In this document: positions 1 through 13,200 of the stretch, piece by piece
How positions within the stretch are numbered: position 1 is the first letter of the stretch
Layout: each line of letters begins with the position of its first letter
Assembly: GCA_002633005.1 (NCBI GenBank)
Contig: NMRA01000633.1
Location: forward strand, 144,958 to 208,957
Source of the DNA: Phoronis australis
Lineage: Eukaryota; Animalia; Phoronida
Direction: 5' to 3'
Length of the DNA: 64,000 nucleotides
The notes under the pieces: generated by a model
What the model was told of the DNA's origin: nothing
The model's input: only the letters and a program-made list of their open reading frames with translations
Databases searched by the model: none
Made by a program: the position numbers and the translations under genes

Positions 1-2328
1 TTAAAGTCCCTATAAAATGAGCCAACTGCCTTTTAGATATGTTAAATACATGTACTTTTGTGCAACATATCTTTGTTTCGTTTTATTCCACACAACCACT
101 AACTAATTACTACGCATTTTGTGCCCCCCATATTATGTGCCCCCATCAGAAACCCCTTTTATTCTCTCGACGAATCACAGTAGACTGGCCTATTGACATC
201 ATCGTTGAGAACGAGCAACACATTACCGCGCTAACCACAACCTGTAGTGAGCACCTGATCGGCTGCTGGGACAGTAAAAAAACAAAGTAGTTTGCTCAAG
301 GAACGTCACCAATTAGAAACATCGCCAATGTTAAGCATCAATGTCGACTGATAATGCAATATTACTAAGCAAAACAATGGTGTCAGGCAAAGCACCCTTC
401 GAATCGAACAGCGGCCTGCTATCGATTCACTCATGACCCACGACGAAACAATTTTTCGAAGTATTTGCACCCACGTAAAAGGTTCTACAACAGCTACGTT
501 TCGTACTGAATCTAACAACGGCAAACTTACCGAACTCTGTGGTGGAAAAAATACTTATTTTTCACGTAAGATGTCTTGATTATCCACTAACAATATCCTC
601 GGCAATAAATCACCGCTACATGGTCGGTATCATTTTATACGATTGTGGCTCAGAAATGTCGTCAATTAACGGTGTGGGTGAATGTAGCCTACGTCTCGTT
701 TTTATCGCAAAAAACAAACGTAAACATGACAACCCTAAGCTGTTACTTGCCAAACGACGGTCACAACTTGTCTTGCATCAGAGTAAAAATAAGCCGACAA
801 CAAATTCTCAAGCCCTTTTTTCTGGGACAGCACGTGCGACATATATCATCTGTCACTCACATGTTGCAGCCAATGTATCACGTACTCCAGCGTTGGGAAC
901 GTAGAGGTGCATACCTCCCAAGTCGCACATCAAAAGAGTACGGCGGCCGTTCTAAATAAAATATTGCACTGGCTTGGCTCGATTAAGTGCTTGGGTGTTG
1001 CATATACTCGAATGCATGTGACCATAAGATAGCACTGATTCAACTTGAGTCTTGTGGCACATTCTTTGAAATTAACATCGGGAAAGGGTGTACTTACAAA
1101 CCCAGCACGAGAACGTCGGGCAGTACGGGTTTGGGTACACTTTGGAGGCACGCACTGAAAAAAGTGTACAGTCAGCATGTCGATGGGTTGTGCTATGACG
1201 GGAACGGCGCATTTCCCTGACTTCAAAGTATAAAATGCCTTGTGCAATTGATCTTTCAAATCGAACAATAGTTTTAATATGACAACCTATTCGCAGCGCT
1301 AACTTTGTCCTTTTTGCTCAATATTTTGTTTCCACCTCAATCGCTTAGATTTTCCTGCAGGTCTCACTAATCGGCGTGCAGCTAGCTGCGCCGGTTACGG
1401 GTTAAGTTTCGTATGCCTTGTGTAAATTGCCTTTGTCTTCAAATGATGGTCCGTAGCCAGTTCCGCTTCTGTTTCACTTTACTCGGATTCCTCTGGCTTG
1501 AACATACACGGCGCTAATCCATCCAAACGTTGTTTCTACATTTTCTTTATCTTCCATTTCGCAATACTCACTTACTGAACGTCCGTCCATTGCAAGGTAT
1601 TATACTTTTCTAACCCTAGTGCGAAAAGTCTCGGGTCATTCTTTTTCATCGTGCTGCGAGTGAGCCTTTCACTTCGTTAAGATGTGTAACGCCGACTTAC
1701 TCCCCGACATAATCCCGTAATTATCACGGAGCGACTACAAACAAATTAATTCTCCAGTACACGCATTCCGCCAGGATGTTGCCGTGGGTCCGATAAATCT
1801 CCATTCATTGCAAACCTGTCCCCCAATGCACGCAGGGACCCTGTTCGTTAAATCTGTTCGTTAAACCCCGACGTCTTTGTGAATAAGCATTTGATGTTAG
1901 ACTGAGTAAGTGGTCCCCACCGAGAATGCTAAACTATCAAGGGACAGTGAGTTGTAGGATATTACATGCACGTGGAAGTGTCGAGATAAGTGTCGTACAG
2001 TATTTGAGCTTGGTTGTCTCTAACAGTTGTAATTTTGAAAATCTGTGACTTGAAATATGCACCAGACACCGTAAGGTAAGCTTCCTGTGGCAACAGACTG
2101 TTCGATACGTCTTGGGTACCAACGATGACGTCATTTGCCTCGATTAGAATGAGCGCCACCTAAAGTTTTTTTCGGCGCTAAATGGGGTTCATGATGGGGT
2201 CGTACGATAGTAATTGGCGTAATTAGCTAATGTCAGGAGTAAAGGGAGGGACGATACGTTTGTGTCGATCAATGATACAGATATTTAACATTTTCAAAAG
2301 TCATTTGGCCGTTATGTAGGGTCTTTAA
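1..2328. mobile_element. Kolobok-like non-autonomous DNA transposon (TTAA-flanked) with degenerate KolX-like coding relic
   Basis: Left end ttaa-agtccctataaaatgagccaactgccttttagatatgttaaata vs reverse complement of right end ttaa-agaccctacataacggccaaatgacttttgaaaatgttaaata: imperfect ~45-bp TIR with TTAA on both sides. A stop-riddled minus frame from ~1590 has GLAPCMFKPEESE (cf. PYMFEP motif), and ~500-420 has RNVAVVEPFTWVQILRKIVSSWVMSE. Confidence 0.7.
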
Positions 2329-3341
2329 GTTTTCCCAGAAGTGTCCCTAACATTTTTAAATTCCCGTGGAGTCGGGATTAATGGCAGGTTTAAGTAAAAA
2401 TCTTTGCTACATCGTGCCATCTACATGTATGATCGGCAACACGAGAAAAATGTCTGTACGAACACACATTATTGTCGTGTGACGTTTGTTTTGAAGTTCG
2501 TCTGCGTTTGTAGGTAAGTGAGCACGTGCGTGTCACCAGAGTTCATTTGCCAGAGCAGACCGTCTTTTGGCCAGAGCCATGCAATCTAACGAGCTAGATG
2601 TGCATTGTATCTGCTAAAAGAAATTTGCACAAGCAGTAGGTCTAAACCAGAGCGTGTTTCATTCAGCACTTGCCGGTCTCATGAGCTAAAAATGTTTGAC
2701 ATTTGTCATAATAAGGCCCGTATTAGTTGTCGTGTGGCTGGATGCGTACGTAACTATCTGACAGTTATTTTTCGGTGTAAGGGTGTGTAAGCATTTCATT
2801 TCTTGTCAATGCTATGCTACCCGTTTCGTGAATGGATAGTTCCCGACTAATGTCTTTGATGACAGGTTCATGTATGTAGCGCGCGCTTCCTGTACGTGCT
2901 TTAATACTGGCCAAGCCTTTTATTAGTCTTCGATTCGTGGTTTTCACGTGTACAAAGAAATTTGGATTCCTATTGAAAGCGGGAAATACCTACAAAGCAA
3001 TCTCGTAGACAAGTACACTACTTCTGTTCTGACAGGCCAGACCATTGGTCCTTGCAAGATCAGAAAAACTTTTGTGTTTGTTTTGAGGCATGGCGGAAGT
3101 TTGAAGTGTATAGTCATGGCTAAATACTGACATAGCGGCGAGTCTCGTGATCTAAAAATTCTGCGCACAATGATTTTTTTCAGGACTGTCGGATATTATT
3201 GATAAATTGAAGACATTACTGTACAATTTTAGGACTGTAGGTAAGGCATTTTTCGCACGTACACGTTCATGGACTGGGCTCTTATTTTAGCAAAGTCTGA
3301 AAACGCGTGGGGGGCGCTTATAGAGGCATGGGCGAATACGG
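2329..3341 (+). mobile_element. pogo/Tigger-like family A copy, 5' part displaced by the Kolobok-like insertion
   Basis: Colinear with 24436-25196. Ends gggggcgcttatagaggcatgggcgaatacgg|ta. Confidence 0.75.
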
Positions 3342-3406
3342 TAAGTGATTCCTGTTCCTTGTGCATGTCTTGTGTCTATGAAAGCCAGCCAACCATTTGA
3401 ACAAAG

Positions 3407-3729
3407 GTAGTGAACCAAGGTAGTGAACCAGGGTAGTGAACCAGGGCAGTGAAACAGGGTAGTGAACCAGGGCAGTGAACCAGGGTAGTGAACCAGTGTA
3501 GTGAACCAGGGTAGTGAACCAGGGTAGTGAACCAGGGTAGTGAACCAAGATAGTGAAAGGAGAACCAAGGTAATGAAAGAAGGTAGTAAACCAAGGTAGC
3601 GAACCAAGGTAGCGAACCAAGGTAGCGAACCAAGGTAGCGAACCAAGGTAGCGAACCAAGGTAGCGAACCAAGGTAGCGAACCAAGGTAGCGAACCAAGG
3701 TAGCAAACCAAGGTAGTGAACCAAAGTAG
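3407..3729. repeat. 13-bp tandem minisatellite (gtagcgaaccaag / gtagtgaaccagg)
   Basis: About 25 copies directly visible. It explains the three overlapping repetitive ORFs. Confidence 0.95.
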
Positions 3730-4765
3730 TTTTAATCTAAAATAGGCCTGTTTACATGAATGTTTTAATTGCCATGTTGATGGTATTTTAATACTAATTT
3801 TAACATACTGAGTAAAATCCCAACTTTAATGGTCATTTTGTTACCAGAGTAAAATGTGATAGCTGCAATAAATCAGTGAGACCACCTGCAGATATCAGCC
3901 ACAGCTCTCCAAATGCACTTCATGACTTCACTTCCGCATCATTTGTCTTGGAGCACAAAACAAGCATGTGGCCAGAGGGAGATTGTACTCTCCAGACAAA
4001 CAAGAACACCCCCCCCCCCACCCTTGTTTGATAAAAGGATGAGCTGTAAAATACCGGGGAGGAATAGCAGCGAAAATCATCATGAAAATAGTCAAAGATT
4101 ACGGTTTAAAAGTAAGTATAAAAATAGCAAAGAAATAGGGGGAAAATGTTTCACATGTATATGCTCTAATACATCAGTTTATTTTGTGGTTACAGCACCT
4201 TAGACTAGATTCCTTGATAAACATGCCAGAAGCAACTGTTGGTACAAATCTCTTGACCAAGTACAAGGTACCCTCAAAGACCCATTCCCTAACTCGGCGT
4301 AAACCTAAATCAGCACTACCTGAAGTCAGCATTACTCTACCTCAGCAATATCCTAACGCAGCATTACCTTAACTCAAATGCACTTTTGCCTGTAGAGGAG
4401 ACTACATCACATGATGAAACAATAGACTGAGTTACGAACAGTAGACGTCTTTATGACTTGGTAACAAAAGTCATTGGCTTGAGCAAATAGCAAACTTTGA
4501 AAACATCACCAAATAGTGTTGAGACAGCCATCCTTGCCTGTAATGTCTACAGTTCAGTGACATTTGCCTGTAATTTTTTCATCTATATGGTTCAGTGCAA
4601 TGAAAGAATTTTTCTGTCAAACCTCCTCAGAAGCACAGATCCATGATTATGACAGGTACATCAACGCTTGATGTCTTATTGTTTATAGCCTGATGAATGA
4701 CGAAATGTCGAAGCAATAAAACATAGTTCCATAGGATACTTCATGAAAAGACATTCTATACTTAC

Positions 4766-4845
4766 GGGCTGGGCGTAGCTGCCATAGGCTGCAGCAGGAT
4801 GTGGGTATCTGGCCCCCCTCTGCACATATGGTGAGCTGGACCAGC
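4766..4845 (-). CDS. Coding exon (80 bp) of large unnamed gene
   Basis: ttgtcttctgcag|GCTGGTCC...CAGCCC|gtaagt; phase 1-0, matching the preceding exon. Encodes (G)WSSSPYVQRGARYPHPAAAYGSYAQP. Confidence 0.8.
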
Positions 4846-4967
4846 CTGCAGAAGACAAAGGTCAAGCAATAGTACACAGTTCTCAATAGGTGGCTGCAGT
4901 GTGACAAAGTGAGTCCAGCAACCAAATGCACTTGAATGGAAAACTGTAGACACATTGTACAATTGGT

Positions 4968-5086
4968 TACTTACCAAGTATTGGCAATGGTACTCACCAA
5001 GTATTGGCAATGGTACTCACCAAGTATTGGTAATGGTACTCACCAAGTATTGGTAATGGTACTCACCAAGTATTGGCAATGGTACT
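4968..5086. repeat. 23-bp tandem repeat x5 (tactcaccaagtattggcaatgg)
   Basis: Directly visible, period 23. Confidence 0.95.
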
Positions 5087-5159
5087 GTCAGAATAAATGT
5101 TGATTAGGTATGCAATTAGTAGAGTTAGTTTCATTGAAGTTGCCCAAAATTAGGGCATA

Positions 5160-5690
5160 TTGTATTTACCTTAAAAAGCGCACTTAGAAAAATTTGTTTC
5201 CTAAGGCGGGTGAAACCCGGTCTCTGCAAATGGGTCAGAGGGAGAGCTGTGATTCATCAAATTTACACTCTGTGACATTGGTGCATTGCTATCAAACTTC
5301 ATTGTTAAATTATTATCATTTTACAGAAAATTCAGCTATAATCCCCAGGCAAAAACTCACTGATGAGTCACTGCCTCGCGATCGTCGGTATGGCAACTTG
5401 AATATATAAAGTTTCGATTCAACAAATTTACCTGAAATCCTCTGAGGCACTAAATTTTTCCAAACCAACCCTAAGATTTTAAGTTCTTGTGGAGTCGGGA
5501 TTAACTATAGTTTTAGTCCAAATCTGCGCAAGGTTGTACCCTACAACATGAGAAAAAACTCTTGACGAACACCTCGGAAAACGCAATTATGTTGTTGTCA
5601 CGCAATGTTCATTTTGACTGGAAAGTAGTACGTGCTTCCTGGCCACATGCTTTTAACACCAAGTTTTCAACTTTCACGTTTTGAATGCAG
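5160..5690 (+). mobile_element. Diverged partial copy of pogo-like family A
   Basis: Colinear with 24074-24800 (catcaaatttacactctg, cattgctatcaaacttc, gtggagtcgggattaac, cctggccacatgcttttaa). Confidence 0.7.
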
Positions 5691-8069
5691 TTTTCCGTCA
5701 GACAGCTCTTTGGTGCGTTGACCTGTTCTTTCATCTATTTTTCTACGTCTCCATGGTTAATTATTTACACATTTTTAAGATTTAATATCCAAGTTGCACT
5801 CCAAACACAGGCATTTACCTCAGGCATGCAACACAAGATATTTGCTTGTGAAATTTACACTGCATTATTCTCGCACATCAACACATCATTTGCCTAATAC
5901 ATACAATGCGTTGTGCAAGTTTTTGACTTCAATTTAATCCATATGTGATCAAAACAATTGTCTGGCTTAATAGAGTCTTATTAAATTGTGAATATGCAAA
6001 TGAACTACTAATTTACAAACAGCCCTGGGTCCTCCAGAGTGCCGGAAACTATCCGAAATCCAGTTACCATTACAATTTCGCGAGTCTCTTTCTGCCAGAC
6101 TGTAAATGAGAATAATTATATTTCAACATGGCGGACAAACACCTGATGCCGGTCATCGACAACTGAGGTCTGGCTACTCGTCAGACACTCCTCACGGTTA
6201 CCACAACAAAAGAATTAGTTCTGTAATTTCATTTTGCCGTCACCTTGGACATTGTTAAACGTCATGCCATTTTGCATCTCTGATAGTGAAAATTCAAGGC
6301 ATTTGCTCATCCACGTTTCTTAGGACGACACAGGAATACCTGGGATTAACCCCCACAGCATTGACATTAACCGAACAAAACAAGGCAGTTTTCATTATTT
6401 GTTTATTTCACTATCAAATAACGACGACATAATATTTGGAATTACTAGGGTTTTTTATATGTTCAAATTTATTTTTAAGTGTATCAGTTGTGAGTTTTTT
6501 AAAATTGTAATTTATAAACAAATTTCTTTTCCTTATTATACTTATACACACAGTTCTTCAGGAAGTCACCAGGTGGTGCTTGCTACAACTTAAAATATTC
6601 ACGATCTTAATGAAACAGCATCTCTAAGCACCCACAAAAAAGTAAGCACCAACCGCCAACTTCTTAAAATTTCCAATTTAAGAAATAAGTGCTCATCTCC
6701 AACTTTTTAACACCCACACCCTGATTCCCAAGGCTTGCCAATTTCACTACTCAGAGCATTAAGCTGAATATTTACGACATCATTAGGGCGTTTGTTTTCC
6801 CGTTGCTCCCAACTTCTTCGATTCTATAGCCCAACAACAACTTGGGTGGCACTGAACAGTTAGGCTGTAGCAACAGGGCATTTTCTAGTCCCTAGAATTT
6901 AAATACAGGGCGTGTGTCAAGTTTGGCGGGAGGTTTGAGGAATTTGTTGAAAAAAATTGCCAGGAAAGTGATTTGCTTGTGTTTTTGAATGAGAAAAGCC
7001 AAGTTTTTTAGTCGCGACCCACTTTCCCTGCAAAACGGTGGCTGTCGATTGCTTTCAACCCGTCGTCTGCTGACTGAGAAAACGGGTGCGATTTCAGGTG
7101 GCTGTCAGACAGATCCAAATTGCGAAAAAAGTAGCTGGTAAGGGGCATACTATGACCACATTTTTAGAATCTAGAGAGAACGAGAATTCTGAATCTGTTG
7201 TCAAATTTTTTCTAGCACTTGCAGGGAAGTAGTAAATTTGGGGAGAAAATGGTCAAATTTGGTGTTTTCTGGTCCTATTTTTCTGTGCCGGTATTTTTTC
7301 CCAATGTGAATTAGGCGATTAAAAATCTGTAGCAGAATTAAGTTTCACTAATCATGAGTAGTGCTTTTGAGTTTGTAAGGCCAAAAAAACCTTTTGTTTT
7401 TTCAGACTCTTGATAAGGACGTGAGACAAGGACTCGTCTCCACTTGGGTGTGTGTCGGCAGCCAAAACCCTGTTCTAACTGTAGTGTGCCCCCTTGGGAA
7501 GATCACCCCTGTAGCCAATATCTTACACGACTGATTAACTCCAATATGGCATTTATGTTTGGAGGGCCGGCTCTCTTTTGTTCGATAATTGCTAATGTCT
7601 GATCAGATCATATCAGCCCGACTGGGCCGTGCTGCTAAAAATGAAAGTCAAGTTGTAACATATTTGAACATAAACCAATAGCATTTCTGAATTCCTTGTC
7701 AAATGCTATCATGTTTAGTTTTTGAATCACCAAAATCGCCCAACTACAACAGAAGTTAAGACAATCTATTCTGCAAGGTTTCAGTAAACCTTTGAAGCCT
7801 GGAAGATAATTGGCCTGCTTGTTGTCATACCGGACAAAAGACAGTGCTGGGCAGTTAACAAAGGAGCCAGATGTTATCGCACGCTCAGAACCCCTCACGT
7901 CTGGAAAAGTTGCTCAACGACTGAACGCCGTCATGTCCTTCGTGACACACATGGTTAGAGCGACATTCCGTTCAAAACTTCTAAGTTAATTGTGTCAAAT
8001 GTCGAGTGAACTTTTACCTTATCAAGCACAGAATGAGACAATTAATGTGGAGACCATTTGGGCACAACT

Positions 8070-9228
8070 TTAAAAGAGTTCCCACCGTGACTATGTGTCT
8101 CAAAATGAATTTTATTAATACCTCTTAAGAGATTTAATAGTCTTTAGTACAAATGTTGCTAAGAAACAAGCCAAAAATTTTTTAAAATATTTTTCTGTTA
8201 TCGACTTTGTACGCAATGGGTGGAAGACCTTCTCAGCCATTGTTGTTTTTACCAGTGTGATACAGAGGAGTTGTGAGGAACGTCTGCTGAGAGTCGCCTT
8301 TTCAGATATGAAAAGGTGCGTTTGTGGAGGCTATAGTAACAGCAACTTGACTGAGAATCTCTCTGTGTTCAAACTTCCTAAAAGCATGAAAGTTGCACAG
8401 AAATAGCATCGGTTTGAGCCCCGCACGAGAGTGTGGAATGTCACTGTGGAACATGCGGGTCAGTCGGAAGCCACTTCACACTTTGTTCGACACATTTCAA
8501 AGAATCATGTTTCGACCACACACAAAAAACGGTGTTACGATGAAGGAATCACAACCTTGTAAGTGCTTTGCAAATTTTATAAATAACAAGCAAACCCCTT
8601 CCATGCTAGGGCCAGTGATGCCAGGCCCTCGACCTAGGCCCAGATCGAGTGCTACTACAAGTAGGCTTATGCACTGTGTTTAGACTGGGCTCATTTCAGG
8701 TGGCAATAGTGAACACGAGTAACCCAGATTTGCTGTGTCCTTTGTCAGTGATTATTGTGTGTCTATTTTGTGAATATTGACCAACCCTTGGTTCAGTTGG
8801 TTGTGACTCCCATAAGTCTGCAGCATTTCTCGTGCAAGTGGGTTGAGCTCATGCGACCTCAAAGTCGACGGAAGTTCACTAAATGGGTAATTGAATTCAT
8901 TGTCTCATTCTTCAAGTACTTATTGAGTATGTTGCTCATATCCACTCTCCTCTCTGTCTGCAAAATGACTGTCCAGTTCTCGCTCAAAATCGCCCTCGTC
9001 TTTCAACCTGCTGTTCCAACATTGCAATTGATTGTCAAGTGGCCAAACGTCTTCCACCCATTGCATCATTTGGTGGGAAACGCAGAAATAACTAATGTTT
9101 CTTCAAAATTAATAAAATTGCAACTATTTGGCATAAAAGGTGCTTTTTTAGTTAGATTTTATGGTATTCATTTCTTATTAGAAAACTGAAACCTCAAACT
9201 AAGAAAATTCATGGTGGTAACTTTTTAA
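8070..9228. mobile_element. Second Kolobok-like element (TTAA-flanked) with THAP relic (+) and acidic KolX-like relic (-)
   Basis: Left ttaa-aagagttcccaccgtga; right end reverse complement ttaa-aaagttaccaccatga. Contains the THAP pseudo-ORF at 8308 and an oppositely oriented stop-interrupted ORF at ~9068-8750. Confidence 0.6.
8308..8545 (+). pseudogene. Degenerate THAP-domain ORF (transposon-derived)
   Basis: MKRCVCGGYSNSNLTENLSVFKLPKSMKVAQK*HRFEPRTRVW... then after a frameshift LCSTHFKESCFD. This matches the THAP consensus C-x-x-x-x-C-S-N...F-x-F-P-K...W...LCS-x-HF, with C->Y and W->stop. Confidence 0.75.
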
Positions 9229-9275
9229 ATGTTGTGCCTTAGTCATCATAACACCAATTGGTGGTTCTCACTTAC

Positions 9276-9339
9276 CTGAGCATTGATAACTTGTGGGACT
9301 CATAGCATTTCGCTTCTGGACAAATGCTGGTCGACCTTG
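9276..9339 (-). CDS. Coding exon (64 bp) of large unnamed gene
   Basis: tttcttattgtag|CAAGGTCGA...TGCTCAG|gtaagt; phase 0-1. Encodes QGRPAFVQKRNAMSPTSYQCS+G. Confidence 0.8.
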
Positions 9340-10002
9340 CTACAATAAGAAACCATTAAAAATAAAAAAACATGTCTCATAACGCTGGTTAACACCATCA
9401 CCAAATTCTTACTTGTTGTCACACACCTCTCTTCTTACAACAATGTTTGGCTACAGTGTTTTCTCTATTAGTTTGGCTACAGTGTTTTCTCTATTAGTTC
9501 ATACAGTAAGAGTCTGAGAGAAAAATAGTTTGTGCACATATTTGCATCGGAAAAAATAATTCGTACACACTTTCTGGACAGGTAAAATGGGAATATGTAT
9601 TCTTATAAAAGAACACAAATCAATAAGCGCTAATTCTATTCAGATAATCGGAATCCATGGCTTGATATACTACGCTAGTATAGGGCTCAAAAAATCCTTT
9701 TTGAAATCGTCGTTTTTGGTGACAGCAAGATTTTCCAGTGTGTCGCCAAATGGTGGTAAAAATGTTAGAACAGTGGATTATCTCAACAAAGGTTATGTTG
9801 CCCTCAGTTTAGTCCTTCGCCAATAAATTGACAAAATTGCAAAGTACTAGTACCATGCGGTCCTGCTGCGTTGTTAGAGCGATTACAGTGCGCAGACAAC
9901 GAGTCAACACCCAGCCTTCCACATGTATTGCAACTATTCTCACATGGCAACAGTGCAGCACACGTGCAAGCTTCACAATAGAACTGTACATCTATTTTTA
10001 CA

Positions 10003-10262
10003 TGCACTGTTGTGTATTGCAGGTGACAGAACTTTTGTTGTGCACTGCGGGTGACGGAACTTTTGTCGCATGCTGTGGATGACAGAGTTTGCCATGCACT
10101 ATGGGTGATGGAACTTTTGTCATGTACTCTGCGTGACCGAAATTTTGTTGTGTACTGTGAGTGACAGAACTTTTGTTGTGCACTCTGGGTGACAGAACTT
10201 GTTGAGTACTGTGGGTGACAGAACTTGCATGCGCTGTGGGTGATAGAACATGTCATGTACTG
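10003..10262. repeat. Degenerate ~27-28-bp tandem array (gtgacagaacttttgttgtgcactg..); resumes at 15737-15775
   Basis: About 9 copies visible, and the same unit reappears immediately after 15735. Confidence 0.85.
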
Positions 10263-10265
10263 TTT

Positions 10266-13200
10266 CGTCCCGTCCACACACAGCCTACCCTAAACAACAT
10301 AACGCTAAACCCTCGTGAGAGACCGCCCCGAGTTGGCTGCTGGAGCAACTCGGGGCGGTCTGGGATCAAGCGGAAAAACCACAGGGTAGATCTGTGGTCG
10401 ACGAATCTATTCGGTCCATTACATTTTATTGCCCGTGAAGCCGCTAAGGGCTGCCTGAAGAAATATGACTTGCGCGTTTGTATTTTCGCCTTTTTGAATG
10501 ACATATAAAAGATTCATCAACAAATTCCTCGTAAAGTTCTGAAAACAAGCGTTTTTCTCCCACGAAAATCGATGAAGTTTTGGCCGAGATATTTCACTTT
10601 CAGTCCAGGCTAGCCCTGCACACTCAGAGAATCGTCACACAAGATTACTACGCGGTAATGCGGTTTCACTGTCAACAAAGGAAGACGTCAACATCGACTT
10701 ATAATTGTCATTTTTAAACTATTTGCATGTTAAATTATCAAAATGTAAGTAAAATCGTACTCTATATTTTAACAAGAAAACAGCAACTTCATTTTGGTGA
10801 ACATGTCTATAAGGACCTAACTCGTGCATGGTGAGTAGTGAGTCCGGCCAACACGCGAGGATGGCTGTGTTGTTGTTTTTGCTCTCAACTCAAAAGTTGC
10901 TGTTTCAAAATGGAAGATGGACAGAAAATGCAGGCAGTTGACGAAAACGGCCATTGGTAGGAAGCAATTGAGCGGGGAGTAAATGACAGCGCTCGGAATT
11001 CACGTCGGTTTTCCTGGATGGCCGTCTGAGTTTGACCAGCTCGTCGAGCCGTGATTCGTGAGAGGCTGAGCCGATCGACTACGTCGGGCTCGGTACCTGG
11101 ACCTGGTGAAGAAAACCGTAAGTATTTTTTGTCATCCCTTATGCTCGCATGATGCTGTTGGCTGTATAGATAAAGTATACTGTGTTTGCGTGGGATTTTG
11201 TGTTCATGAAATTACAGACTATGTACTTGTACCACATTTAAAGTCAGAGAAACATTGTTACTTAGTGAACGATAAACGTCTGGATGAATATACCATGGTG
11301 CCTTCAATGTTGCGTTTTTTTTTGTAAAGTAGATTTACTGTAACAAGTCCGATGTTGTCGGATTGAATTGGTATTCCGGGATTTTCAATGCCAGTAGCAG
11401 ATCCAGAATTTTTGGAATGGTGTTCGCAAATGAAATAATGTCAAGCCATTGTTTTAAATTAACATTTAAGTTTTATTAATAAGAGGTGGAGACAGCAATC
11501 TTCAGCCGTGTCTTTGTTACCTTGTTCTCATTTCTTTACATTTGTTTATGTTTCATTTCCTTGTTTTCTGTAGATCCCCCCAACCCCCTTGCTATAGTGC
11601 ACTCTCTGTTGACTGAATTTGATGACATAATATATTGATAAGCCATTGTATTCTGCATACCAGTACTAGCTTAACCCTTAGTCCTGCACACCTGGCCCTA
11701 TTGTTCACTCTTGACTTTTGTTTACAAAATAATCCAGTCCAGTCTACACCCTGATTGCTTAGTTTAATATTTACCAGTGAGTAAACTGTATTTCACTTGT
11801 TGAACCTTTTCTTACTATCATGCAGCTCTTGCTTGACAGTGCACATGTACTTTTATCTCCTCTTTTTCGAACCACTCATTAAAGCGTTTTATGGGGTTTG
11901 GTTTCTTTTCATGAATGTTTTCATCGTTGGTTTCTAATTCGTTCAACTGCTTCCCAAAACTCCTGAGTCCTGAGCATTGAGCAACACTCAACAATCCCTC
12001 TAAAAAATGATGCCCTTCCAAACAGTGATGTGACCTTCTGACTACATGAGTGTAAGCTGTGGTACACTACTGCACGTGCACAAGGTCATCAGCACCAGAA
12101 GTTTTAAAATCACACCACCAAAACTGTGACTGTTTACATTTCAGAGAGCTTGCCGTGACAATTTCAAGAAGGTATACCGCTTGACAGTTGCATTTATGTA
12201 CACGTTGAAGCCTGGAGAATACAGACTTGATCAGGGCTTGGGATTTCCGTCTTTTAAGAGGAATTCCTTTTTTGGTGTCGATTTTCTCTGATTGGATTTC
12301 CAGTTTCCTCTTTTTATGATTTTTTCGACTTCATTAAATGTTTAGTTCAGGTAAATTTTACATCCAAAAATGTCTATCACCCAAACCTATTTTTTGTGTA
12401 TCATACATCAGCTGGAAATTTCTCCGCTGTTTTTGTTATTGCTCATTCCAAGCTCTGCTTATTTTTCGTGAAGTAACTAGAATGGATTTCATAACATACC
12501 AGTTTATTGTACTGGATTCTTCTTGGGTTTATCAACTGTAAACTAACACTAATAGGAGCATAGGATAATAGCCACCTGTCTTAAGTTCGCACAAAAGTAG
12601 AGTACAAAATTCCAAACGTAATTTCGAGTTCCAATTCCTGTAAAAAGATCAATGACAGGGCCCAGGTATCAATTCCGGTATTTTTGGCACTTAATCGTGT
12701 TTGAAAGTGTTGTACTGTGTTTGGAAATTTGTTTGAAAAGCTGTTTTTTTTTGCTGAACAGCGTATGACCTTACTGGATTTAAGGGCCCCACCAGAGCAT
12801 TTATTAGTGTGCCCTCCACTCATTTCCAATGTTCTATGTATATCAAATGCTTTGAGATGCCAGCAGGGTAGTATTCTGCATGCAGCTTTGTTGACCATTG
12901 TGGTCAGTGAGAATGTCCTACTCACATGTGTATGAATGCATAGTGTGTGCACCTCATTCATGTACCACACCAGTATTGCCTGTGTGGTTATGGAAATGTG
13001 TAAGCTGCTTGTGTTGTATGGGCATTGTTGAGCTTGAAATGCTAGTTTTACTCCTATAAAACTAGGGATGTATTTATTGCGACATGTCTCCGTTATTGTT
13101 GTTACTAGTTTATTGCTTAACCAGTGTATCTATTTTGAATATTCTTCAAGCCTTGGATGACTGATCTTTTCAGTTTAGGATAGTTATTGTTTGCATCCCA

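Noticed and set aside
3287-3724. Three overlapping hydrophobic ORFs (YLGSLPWFATLVR repeats)
   Set aside because: Translation of a stop-free 13-bp minisatellite in all three frames.
6890-7500. Probable repeat fragments with CCC/GGG-type ends (also 36240-37460, 57040-58200, 63312-63725)
   Set aside because: They look repeat-like, but I could not define paired termini or TSDs reliably by eye.
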